Assembly: GCF_030028105.1 (NCBI RefSeq)
Contig: NC_092374.1
Location: 178,398,057-178,462,056, forward strand
DNA from: Mobula birostris
Taxonomy: Eukaryota
DNA: 64,000 nt
Direction of reading: 5' to 3'
The position numbers and the translations under genes are program-made. Below the pieces are notes generated by a model. That model did not search any database. It saw nothing but the letters and a program-made list of their open reading frames with translations, and was not told the origin of the DNA. This document shows, one piece after another, positions 54,515 through 64,000 of the stretch (the stretch's first letter is position 1; each line of letters starts with the position of its first letter).

Positions 54515-54763
54515 TCTCCCACAGCTTGACATATTTCTACCTCCATTCGATAAACATTCCTGAGCTGCCATACATCTCCATGGTTGGGATGTTGGATGAC
54601 CTGCAGATATGCTACTATGACAGCACCATCCAGAGGGTAGAAGCCAAGCGACAGTGGATCATGGACGGCTTTTCAGCTAACGACTGGAAAAACCAGAAAG
54701 AGATCCCGGACGCAATTAAAAAGTTACTTCCTCCTAATCTGACTCCATTCGCCTCGATGCTTG
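54515..54763 (+). CDS. MHC class I-like heavy chain, alpha1 exon (phase 1-1, 249 nt)
   Basis: Polypyrimidine tract + cag acceptor, G|gtacgt donor; (V)SHSLTYFY..P..VGMLDDLQICYYDS..R.W..DW matches the class I alpha1 pattern. Confidence 0.9.
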
Positions 54764-56741
54764 GTACGTGTCTTTTGATTTCCGCTGTTCTTCGAGGCTC
54801 ACAGTGACTTGCACACTGAAAACACGTTGACCTTTCAATGGACCAAAGTAGGTTGTATCAGTTTTAAAATTCCTATCCTTGGTTTCAAATCTTTCAAGGG
54901 TTATATGCCTTCCCGACATCCTCTAACACATATTTACCTTCAATTAAAAGCATTCCATCTGTATCCCACATTTGCAAGAGAAATTTTGCCCTTCAAAAAA
55001 AACTGAGAATCTATTTCTGAGAACCCAGTGCTCATTCCACACCGATCTCCTCCGAGAAATAATGAGAATCAGACCCACTGCCTCTCTGGCTTCGCACGGG
55101 TCAAGCAAACATAAGTTAATATAAAGTAAAATTCAAATATATTACGTGTAATTTGCATGTGTACAAAAACATAATGATACTTATGCAAATTGGGAGAAAA
55201 ATCATGAGAAGTAATGTTGGGGTTTTTCAGCTTGGTTCAAGAACCTGATGGCAGTGGAGGGAAAGGTGCTAAACCTTGAGGTGTGGGTTTTCTGGCTACT
55301 GTAACTCATGCTTGATGGCAGCATGGGGAAGAGGACACGGCCCTGATGGTGGTTGTCCCTGCTGAAGAATGTCACCTTCACTGGTAAATGTCCTCCATCG
55401 GAGAGAGTTTCAATACTAGGACGTGATTTCTATAAATTTGTCAGAGTTTTCAATGACATGCTGAATCTCCTTAGACTTCTAAGCAAAGATGTTGGTGTGC
55501 TACCTTCTCCACACACTGATATGCAGTACACAGTCCTTCATCATGACCCCTGCATTATATCATGCAATGATATACACTCTGTACAGATCACCCCCTCCAC
55601 CAACAATATTCCACTGTGCCACACTCTCATGCTCACGTTCATTACTGATCCTGTCATGTGTACCACACACTGCATGCAGAACACTGTGATCCCATGCTCT
55701 TTGCCATTGCTTTGTGTGCTTCATGGTAAATTGCTAAATTGATTTGTTATTGTCGTATCTGCTAAGGTCCAGTGAAAAACTTCGTTTTGCACACCATCTG
55801 TACATGTCATTTCGTTAACACAGTACATTGAGGTGCAAGAGGAAGCAATAACAGAATGGAGAATGAATTGTTACAGTCATAGAGAAAGTGCAATGAAAGC
55901 AGACCATAAGGTGTAAAACCATAATATGGGTGTTTGTGAGGTCAGGATTTCATATTATTGTACCAGGGGATTATACATAGACTGATAACAGCAGGATAAA
56001 AGCTGCCCTTGACCCCGGTGATATATGTTTTCAGGCTTTTGTATCTTCTGCTCTATGGGATGGGGAAGAAGAGAGAATGTCATCGAACACAGAAGAGCGC
56101 AACAGTGTTGTGCTGAACCGGCTAAAAAGCTAATCAAAAACACCCAAACACTAATCTGTCCTACCTACACCACATCCATATACATCCATCCTCCTTATAT
56201 CAATGTACCTATCCAAATGTCTCTTAAAGTCCTTTAATGTATTTGCCTCTACCACTGTACTAGGCATCCATGACTCTGAGTAAAGAAAAGACTTACCCCT
56301 CAGATCCGTCTTGAACCAACACCTCTCACCTTCTATGCATGTCCTCTGGTGTTAGACATTTCAACCCTGGGAAACGGATGCTCTCTAATCATGTCTCTGT
56401 TTAACCTCTATCAGAAGGTTGTCTTATCTTTTCATCCCCGTCCTTCTTTCTAACCAGGAACATACTTTTCCTGTACTCTAGAAATTGATATTTAAACACA
56501 CTCCACATGTCTATTGTAGATTTGCCAGAGAAAAAGTGTTCTCAATTAACGCTTCTTAGTACCTGCCTAATGCCCTTATAATTTGCCCCACCCCAATTTA
56601 AAGCTGGTGGATGGATGGGGTCTTTGATTTTGTTGTCTGATTTACTGAAGCAGCGAGAAATGTAGATAGAATGTGCGGAGGGGGGCGCTGTGTGTGCTGA
56701 TCTGTGTCCATAACTTTCTGCAGTTTCTTGTGATCATGAGC

Positions 56742-56946
56742 CAACCGGTGGCCTAGTGGCATCAGCACTGAACTTCTGAGCGAAGGCTCCCGAGTTCGAA
56801 TCCAGCCGTCTCCCTTGCACGCTTTCCATTCATGCTGGGTTGAGCGTCGAGCTAGCAACTCGGCCTCTTTAAAAATAAGAAAGCCGGCTAAAAAAACACC
56901 ATCATGACGGCGTCCCAGTGACTCCACTCGGGCTTTCTTCTTCTTC
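56742..56946 (+). mobile_element. tRNA-derived SINE with a (TTC)n tail and 17-bp TSD, in the alpha1-alpha2 intron
   Basis: A box tggcctagtgg 56749-56759, B box gagttcgaatcc 56792-56803; TSD ttcttgtgatcatgagc at 56725-56741 and 56947-56963. Confidence 0.9.
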
Positions 56947-57169
56947 TTCTTGTGATCATGAGCAGACCTGATGCCATACCAAGCTGTGATGCCTATATTG
57001 TACATCAATAAGCATGACTGAGGGTCAAAGGGGACATGTCATATACTTCACCCTACTGAGACAGTGCACATGGTATTTACATGTTTAGCAAGACATTATG
57101 CAGGTGGGAATGGTTGAAGAATTCGAATATTCAGCCACTAACACAGATTAACCTGTTGGTCCTTTCCAG

Positions 57170-57439
57170 GCATCAGATACATCCAGGGGCTTCTGGGCTG
57201 CACGCAGTCTGCAAATACATTCAAAACCTTCCTCAAGATTGGCTGCCAAGATTTAGGAGAGCTCATTTGTGACTTCACTACCGGGAAGTGTATTACCACT
57301 GGTGTCCTGATGTTGGTCAATGATTATCTTCAGCAAGTTAATATTGCTGATATTCCTGAAATTTATATGCTGAACAGTAGCTGCATCCAGTATTTGAAGA
57401 AAGGTCTTCGGCTTGGCAGAGAGGAGCTTGAAAGGCAAG
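57170..57439 (+). CDS. MHC class I-like heavy chain, alpha2 exon (phase 1-1, 270 nt; not in the ORF track)
   Basis: cctttccag acceptor; open frame GIRYIQGLLGCTQSANTFKTFLKIGCQDLGELICDFTTGKCITTGVLMLVNDYLQQVNIADIPEIYMLNSSCIQYLKKGLRLGREELERQ with Q96, G100-C101, C164 and a class I end motif; G|gcaagt GC donor. Confidence 0.88.
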
Positions 57440-58224
57440 GCAAGTGGAACATCTGATTACATACTGTAAGCTCTGTGAGGGAACTCCTGCTTCAGACAAT
57501 TGATGGACTCCTGATCTGAGATGTTCAGGGGTGTCTTGACACAAATGGATGGGATCAGCCTGATTCTGAGTTTGTGAGAGAGTTTTTGATTCAGCACAAT
57601 GAGGGGACTCACAATCGAAGTGACATGACCAAATTTGGTGAGCAGTGTTCTGGTCTAAGAAGATGAGAGAGGTCCCAATCTGCGACACTGGGGGATCTCC
57701 CAATTCTGAATGGTGAGCAATGTCCTTATCTGGGGTGAAGGGTACCTCAACTGAAGGTGACTAATGATGTCCAAGTCAAGGATTGTGTTGGAACTTCTAT
57801 TTAGACACAGTAACAGATCTCCCAATCCAGGACATTGAGGGCATCTCTTGATCAGGAATTTTGAAGGATCTCCCAATTAAGGCTGGTAAACTAAACTTAA
57901 TTTGGGGTGATTATGGCATGATCAATCTTGGAATATGAGGTAATATTGACTTGGGACTATGGGTGACATAAAGATTGGTAACGGTGGCTGTAACCTTGAT
58001 CTAGGCCTGTCAGATGAATGAAAATTACTGCTGGCTATGGTCTGCATGGACTTGAGCTGAGGAGATGATTTCGGGCAGGATAGTGATTAATGGTGAGGTA
58101 GGTCCTGGTCTGAGGCAGTAAAGAGTAAGAATCCCACTCTTGGACACTGTAACTTCCATTTGTAATGGTAAGATAATATAAGTTTGTGTTGACTTAGTGA
58201 CGTTAATTCTTCATTCTTCCCTAG

Positions 58225-58500
58225 TTGCTCCAGAGGTTCAGGTGTTGAAAAAGAGGCCAACAGCTACTGAGGGCGAGAGTCTGTCATGCATCATCACTCC
58301 CTTCTACCCCCGTGCTATCAACGCCACTTGGCTGAAGAATGGACAGGTTGTCTCCAAGGGCTACGAGGTGACCGTGCTACCAAACTACAATGATACATAC
58401 TGGATGGAACTAGTCATTGAGCTGCAGGATAATGATACGAATATCTATACCTGTCATGTCAAGCACAGCAGCCTGCCGGGGGCACTGATGGTGCAGGGAG
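58225..58500 (+). CDS. MHC class I-like heavy chain, alpha3 (Ig-C1) exon (phase 1-1, 276 nt)
   Basis: ttccctag acceptor, G|gtaggt donor; VAPEV..LSCIITPFYPRAINATWLKNG..TVLPNYNDTY..YTCHVKHSSL Ig-C1 motifs. Confidence 0.93.
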
Positions 58501-59140
58501 GTAGGTCATCGTACGGTACAGAATTTGCTTCATTCTGTTGTGGTGGCTCATAAATTCATACAGTACTGAAGGAGGCCATTTGGCTCACCACATACATGCT
58601 GACCCTCTGGTGCCAGTCTATTCCAACCAGTACTTGGTCTGTACTTCGGCCTTCTCTTCCTCGATGATTCAAGTGCTTGTCAGAATTATGATATGAAAAT
58701 TGATCTTTTGCACAGCAGTACAGTGCAAAGACATAAAAGGCGTATGAGCTTAGAACATGGACCAACTCATGAAATTATGATACTGTAGCTATAGGTGAGA
58801 TTTACTAGCTGGAGGGAAGACTGCCAGCCCAAGGTGCGTGGATGAGAAGAGTATGTAGGTCTAGACCCAGGTGTGGATTGAAGGGAATAAGCAAAATGGC
58901 ATTTTGACAGACTAGATGGGCCAAATGGACTGCTTCTGTGCTGTAGTGCTCCATGACTGAAAGATAACATAAATTATAAAATGAAGTAATTAGTGCAAAA
59001 ATTGGAATAATGAGGTTGTGTTCATGGGTTCATGACTATTCATGAATGGTAGAAGAAAAGAAGATGTTTCTGATTAGTGCAACACACATAAAAGTTGCTG
59101 GTGAACGCAGCAGGCCAGGCAGCATCTCTAGGAAGAGGTG

Positions 59141-59178
59141 CAGTCGACGTTTCAGGCCGAGACCCTTCGTCAGGACTA
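59141..59178 (-). ncRNA. Minimal type I hammerhead ribozyme, intact core
   Basis: Minus strand UAGUC-CUGACGA-AGG(GUCUCGG)CCU-GAAA-C-GUC-GACUG. Confidence 0.75.
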
Positions 59179-60767
59179 ACTGAAGGAAGAGTGAGAAAGG
59201 GATTTGAAAGTTGGAGGGGGAGGGGGAGATCCAAAATGATAGGAGAAGACAGGAGGGGGAGGGATAGAGCCAAGAGCTGGACAGGTGATTGGCAAAAGGG
59301 ATACGAGAGGATCATGGGACAGGAGGTCCGGGAAGAAAGACAAGGAGGGCGGGGGGACCCAGAGGATGGGCAAGGGGTATATTCAGAGGGACAGAGGGAG
59401 AAAAAGGAGAGTGAGAGAAAGAATGTGTGTATAAAAATAAGTAACAGATGGGTTACGAGGGGGAGGTGGGGCATTAGCGGAAGTTAGAGAAGTCGACGTT
59501 CATGCCATCAGGTTGGAAGCTACCCAGACGGAATATAGAATGAAAAGCCTCATCCTGAGAGCAGATGCGGTGGAGACGGAGGAATTGCGAGAAGGGGATG
59601 GCATTTTTGCAAGAGACAGGGTGAGAAGAGGAATAGTCCAGATAGCTGCGAGAGTATTGCCTTCCCGCAATTCCTCCGTCTCTGCCGCATCTGCTCTCAG
59701 GATGAGGCTTTTCATTCTATGACGAGGGAGATGTCTTCCTTTTTTAAAGAAAGAGGCTTCCCTTCCTCTACTATCAACTCTGCTCTTAAACGCATCTCCC
59801 CCATTTCACGTACATCTGCTCTCACTCCATCCTCCCGCCACCCCACTAGGAATAGGGTTCCCCTGGTCCTCACCTACCACCCCACCAGCCTCCGGGTCCA
59901 ACATATTATTCTCCGTAACCTCTGCCACCTCCAACGGGATCCCACCACTAAGCACATCTTTCCCTCCCCGCCTCTCTCTGCATTCCGCAGGGATCGCTCC
60001 CTACGCAACTCCCTTGTTCATTCGTCCCCCCCCATCCCTCCCCACTGATCTCCCTCCTGGCAGTTATCCGTGTAAGCGGAACAAGTGCTACACATGCCCT
60101 TACACTTCCTCCCTTACCACAATTCAGGGTCCCAAACAGTCCTTCCAGGTGAGGCAACACTTCACCTGTGAGTCGGCTGGGGTGATATACTGCGTCTGGT
60201 GCTCCCGATGTGGCCTTCTATATATTGGTGAGACCCGACGCAGACTGGGAGACCGCTTTGCTGAACACCTACGCTCTGTCCGCCAGAGAAAGCAGGATCT
60301 CCCAGTGGCCACACATTTTAATTCCACATCCCATTCCCATTCTGACATGTCTATCCACGGCTTCCTCTACTGTAAAGATGAAGCCACACTCAGGTTGGAG
60401 GAACAACACCTTACATTCCATCTGGGTAGCCTCCAACCTGATGGCCTGAACATCGACTTCTCTAACTTCCGCTAAGGCCCCACCTCCCCCTCGTACCCTG
60501 TCTGTTACTTATTTTTATGCACACATTCTTTCTCTCACTCTCCTTTTTCTCCCCCTGTCCATCTGAATATACCTCTTGCCCATCCTCTGGGTCCCCCCCC
60601 CCTTGTCTTTCTCCCCAGACCTCCTGTCCCATGATCCTCTCATATCCCTTTTGTCAATCACCTGTCCAGCTCTTGGCTCCATCCCTCCCCCTCCTGTCTT
60701 CTCCTATCATTTTGGATCTCCCCCTCCCCCTCCAACTTTCAAATCCCTTACTCACTTTTCCTTCAGT

Positions 60768-60805
60768 TAGTCCTGACGAAGGGTCTCGGCCTGAAACGTC
60801 GACTG
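60768..60805 (+). ncRNA. Minimal type I hammerhead ribozyme, intact core
   Basis: UAGUC-CUGACGA-AGG(GUCUCGG)CCU-GAAA-C-GUC-GACUG; stem I UAGUC/GACUG, stem II AGG/CCU, palindromic ACGU stem III. Confidence 0.78.
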
Positions 60806-61749
60806 CACCTCTTTCTAGAGATGCTGCCTGGCCTGCTGCGTTCGCCAGCAACTTTGATGTGTGTTGCTTGAATTTCCAGCATCTGCAGGATTCCTGCTGT
60901 TTCTGATTAGTGTCTTCTTTGTGAGTCCTGTACCTTTTCCCTGATTGCATTAAAGGAGAAGAGGGCATGTCCCAGATGGCAAGGGTCCTGAGTACTGGAT
61001 GCCACCTTCTTGAAGCACTACCGCTTGAAGATGTCTTCGGTGGTGGGGTGGTTTCTGCCCTTGATGGAGCTGACTGTGTCAACAATTCTCTGCAGCTTCT
61101 TATACTTCGTAGATATCAAAATAATTTTTAAACGCTGTGAGAATGTCTGCCTATACCAGCCCCTTAGGCCGCTAGCCCATTAATCAAAAAAAAACTTCTC
61201 TCTATTCTCTCTAAATCTCTTAATCCTTGCCTTAAACCTACCTCTACAATAATAAGCAACTCTGCCATGGGGAAAAGTTTGCTGCTGTTTTATAAAAGAA
61301 ATTAAGCAGGAGCAGTATACAAACTACTGCAGTAAAAAAAAAGCTTTGTTCTTTCAGCATTTTGTACATTTTTCCTTTCAATGCCCCTAACAATTTTGTA
61401 TAATGCCATCAGCTCCTCTCACAACCTCCTCCCATTCAGGGAAATCAAACCCAGTCTCTTCACTGAAACACTGCATCCCAATAAATTCCTGGTGAATCTC
61501 CTGTGTACTCTGTTCCATGCAATCAAATTGTTCCTCTGGGTTGGTGACTGAAAATGCATCAAGTACTTGGGATGTAGCGTAGGTAATGTTTTGTAAAGCT
61601 GTTCCATAATTTCCTTGGTCTTGTATTCTGTGCCCATATTAATGAACACTCGTACCCTGTACACTTTGTTCATCACTATACCTACCTCTTTGACTGACCT
61701 GATGATGTATCTCCTCAGTAAAGCTGCACCAGAGCTTCACAGAACACCA

Positions 61750-61995
61750 TGGTAGTGTAGTTCAGAGTTCAGTTCCAATACCCTCTGTAAGAGTTTGTAT
61801 GTTCTCTCCATGAACTGCCTGGATATCCTCTGGCTGCTCCGGTTTCCTCCCATAGTCCACAGACGTACCAGCTAGTGGGTTAATTTGTCATTGTAAATTG
61901 CCCTATGATGAGGCTGGTGTTAAATAGGTGGGTTGTTGGGTGGTGCAGTGCATTGGTCCAGCAGGGGCTGGTCTGTACTGTATCTCCAAATAAAA
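61750..61995 (+). mobile_element. V-SINE-like SINE
   Basis: gagtttgtatgttctctcc..gctccggtttcctccca core and ctgtatctccaaataaaac tail. Confidence 0.7.
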
Positions 61996-62889
61996 CAAAT
62001 TATATTTTATGCCCTGATTAATAAATCCTGTAGGCTTTCTTTACCACCCTGTCTATCACTTTGAAAGAGCTGATCAAGTAGCTCCATTCTTCTCTTACAC
62101 GCCTCTGAACGTTTCTTTCTTCAAAAAACATGTCCCATGTTCTTGCTGAAAGTTATTATTTACAAGGTTACAGTATCTTCAGATTTTCTCTTGTTTGTGT
62201 TCAGTCGTAAGAAGCAATTATGAGTTATGGGCCAAAGAAACATAATAGACGCTCAAGGAAAGAAACAACTGAGAAGTGATTCGGCCTATGGGTCAAGACC
62301 TTCCTGGCTGAGAAATGACTGATATTCAGAGAAGTCATAGACCCTTACCGAACAAAAACAGGCCCATCTGCACAACTGGTCTATGCCAACCAAGATTCCT
62401 AACATGGCCCATATACTACCAAACATTTCCTGTCTATCTACTGGTTCCAGTGATTTTTTTTTGTTTAAAATGTTGTTAATGTAGCTGCCAAAACCATTTT
62501 CTCTTGCATCTCCTTCCCTGTGCTGACAACTTCTGCTTGAGAATGTTGGCCCTCCGGTTTCTATTATATTTTTCACTAATCACCTTAAACCTTTGTCCTA
62601 AAGTTCCTGATGCCCAAATCCTGGAAAAGAGATTGTGCGTTCATCCTCTCTATGCTCTTTATGATTTTATACGTTATTCTATATATCTCAACCTCTTACA
62701 TTCAAGGGAAAATAATGGCAAGCTATGCTACTTCCCCTTCTAATTCAAGTGTACCTTTCTTGGCAACATCCTTGAGAATATTTTGTACACCTTTTCCAGT
62801 TTAATGACTTCCTTCCTTTGTCAATATGCATAAGATCACCCCATTCTCCTCAGCTCCAGTGAATAAGACATCGCCCGCACCATACATGC

Positions 62890-63247
62890 TTTCTTCTTCC
62901 CCCATCTTCTGCTGAGCAGAAGGTAAGGAAGCCTGAAAGCACACACTGATGATCAAGGACAGCTTCTATTTTGCTGTTATAACAGTATTGTAGAGTTCCA
63001 TAGTACGGCACATTTAACCTTTGATGTCACGATCAACCGTATTGTGGCCCTTGCTCCTTACTGTGTGCCTGCTCTCTACTTCCTCTGTAACTGTTACAAG
63101 TTGCTTTGCATTCTGTTATTTTTGCCCCTTGTATTATCTCAATGTGCAATTGTAATGCAATTATCTGTGGATGGCATGCAGTACAAAGATTTTTCAGTGT
63201 ACCTTGGTACATGTGACAACAATTTAAAATATTACCAATTTACCAAT
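62890..63247 (+). mobile_element. L2-type LINE 3' fragment immediately upstream of the terminal exon acceptor
   Basis: gcctgaaagcacac..caaggacagcttcta motif and (ccaattta) tail ending at about 63247. Confidence 0.65.
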
Positions 63248-63264
63248 CTTTACTTGGTGAGTAG

Positions 63265-63377
63265 GAGCCGGGGAGCCTCGTGGTGCAGGTCCTTTGCTGG
63301 GGCTGATGGTGACACTTACGATGATGATTAAAGTGGTGTAGAGGAGCAGCAAGGAGAGAGTCAAGACTTTAGTGCAG
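63265..63377 (+). CDS. MHC class I-like terminal coding exon (hydrophobic tail, stop at 63339-63341) followed by a 3' UTR intron
   Basis: tag acceptor in phase 1, in frame with alpha3; encodes GAGEPRGAGPLLGLMVTLTMMIKVV*; donor gtgggt at 63378, acceptor ttttgcag at 63462; structure conserved in the paralog at 34394. Confidence 0.68.
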
Positions 63378-64000
63378 GTGGGTAAACACGCAGGTCCTTT
63401 CACTAATCCTGCTTGCCGTCACAGTATTGCTCAACCAATCTCTTCTCGTTTTCCTTTTGCAGGTGGGTGTTTGGCCCAAATCTCAAGCTCAGCTCTGAAC
63501 ACAAGCTGGATCCTCTGCCTGGTTTTGTGATTAATGGTTCAACACTTAAGCAAGCTTAGTGTTGGCTCCAGTGCGGGAAATGCTTAGCTGAATCTTCTGC
63601 CACCTTACAGCTCGTCTGTTTTGCAATGTTATAACTTTTTCTTACATCTCACTCAGCGATCAGGTTTCAGTGTTGTGGTGTGTTGAAGTTTCAACTTCTC
63701 ATTCGTAAAGCCCTACTTGACCTGAATAGCTCTTCCCAACCCTAACGCCAATGCAATACTGTATATCAGACCATTGGTGTGAGGAACTACTGCCAAGGCA
63801 AGTTAGTGGGATAAAGCAGTGGAAGATTTACTGGGCATTTGGAAAGACCTGAATGGAAGAGTGAATTCCTGTTGTGAACTCTGGATACCTAAGAAGAATT
63901 CTTCCCTTAATATGAGATTGGGAGGGTCCAACATTTTCTTTAAAATAGGAACAGAAACCCCTGTATATTGGTGCAATTTGGGTTGATGTAGAGTTAAAAA

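Larger units (their letters stand above)
59080..60897. mobile_element. Second Penelope insertion with inverted arms, 15-bp TSD
   Basis: GIY-YIG ORF 60014-60475 (+), RT C-terminal fragment 59719-60048; left arm inverted; TSD tgtttctgattagtg at 59065-59079 and 60898-60912. Confidence 0.95.

Noticed and set aside
54352-54807. 151-aa single-exon ORF as annotated in the track
   Set aside because: Starts at GTG and includes intronic flanks; only 54515-54763 is class I-like and bounded by splice sites
56742-56810. tRNA gene
   Set aside because: The tRNA-like head continues into an unrelated body and tail and is flanked by a TSD, so it is a SINE
54515-58500. Class II-like or W-category two-domain chain (alpha1 + Ig only)
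   Set aside because: Initially suggested by the ORF track, but a full alpha2 exon was found at 57170-57439
1-64000. Prokaryotic systems (CRISPR arrays, operons, defence islands)
   Set aside because: The sequence is spliceosomal-intron-containing vertebrate DNA; no regularly spaced repeat-spacer array or operon structure was seen

Overview
Vertebrate genomic DNA, inferred to be cartilaginous fish (probably a ray) from its repeat repertoire: CR1, L2/Rex-Babar, fish-type L1, Penelope, gypsy/ERV LTRs, V-SINE-like SINEs and a mariner MITE. Most ORF-track entries are retroelement remnants or antisense noise. The main host gene is a + strand, highly divergent non-classical MHC class I-like gene assembled by eye from phase-1 exons: alpha1 54515-54763, alpha2 57170-57439 (absent from the ORF track; GC donor), alpha3 58225-58500 and a terminal exon 63265-63377. 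These splice into one open frame of about 290 aa, excluding the leader. The product lacks most peptide-anchoring residues, has five cysteines in alpha2, and ends in a GPI-signal-like hydrophobic tail with no cytoplasmic domain. A paralogous tail exon and 3' region at 34394-35115 suggests a tandem family. Other highlights are two Penelope insertions with inverted arms, 15-bp TSDs and minimal hammerhead ribozymes, an LTR followed by 43 nt of tRNA-Leu complement, and an in-frame-deleted retrovirus-like gag-pol. No database searches were run. Repeat boundaries without TSDs are approximate.
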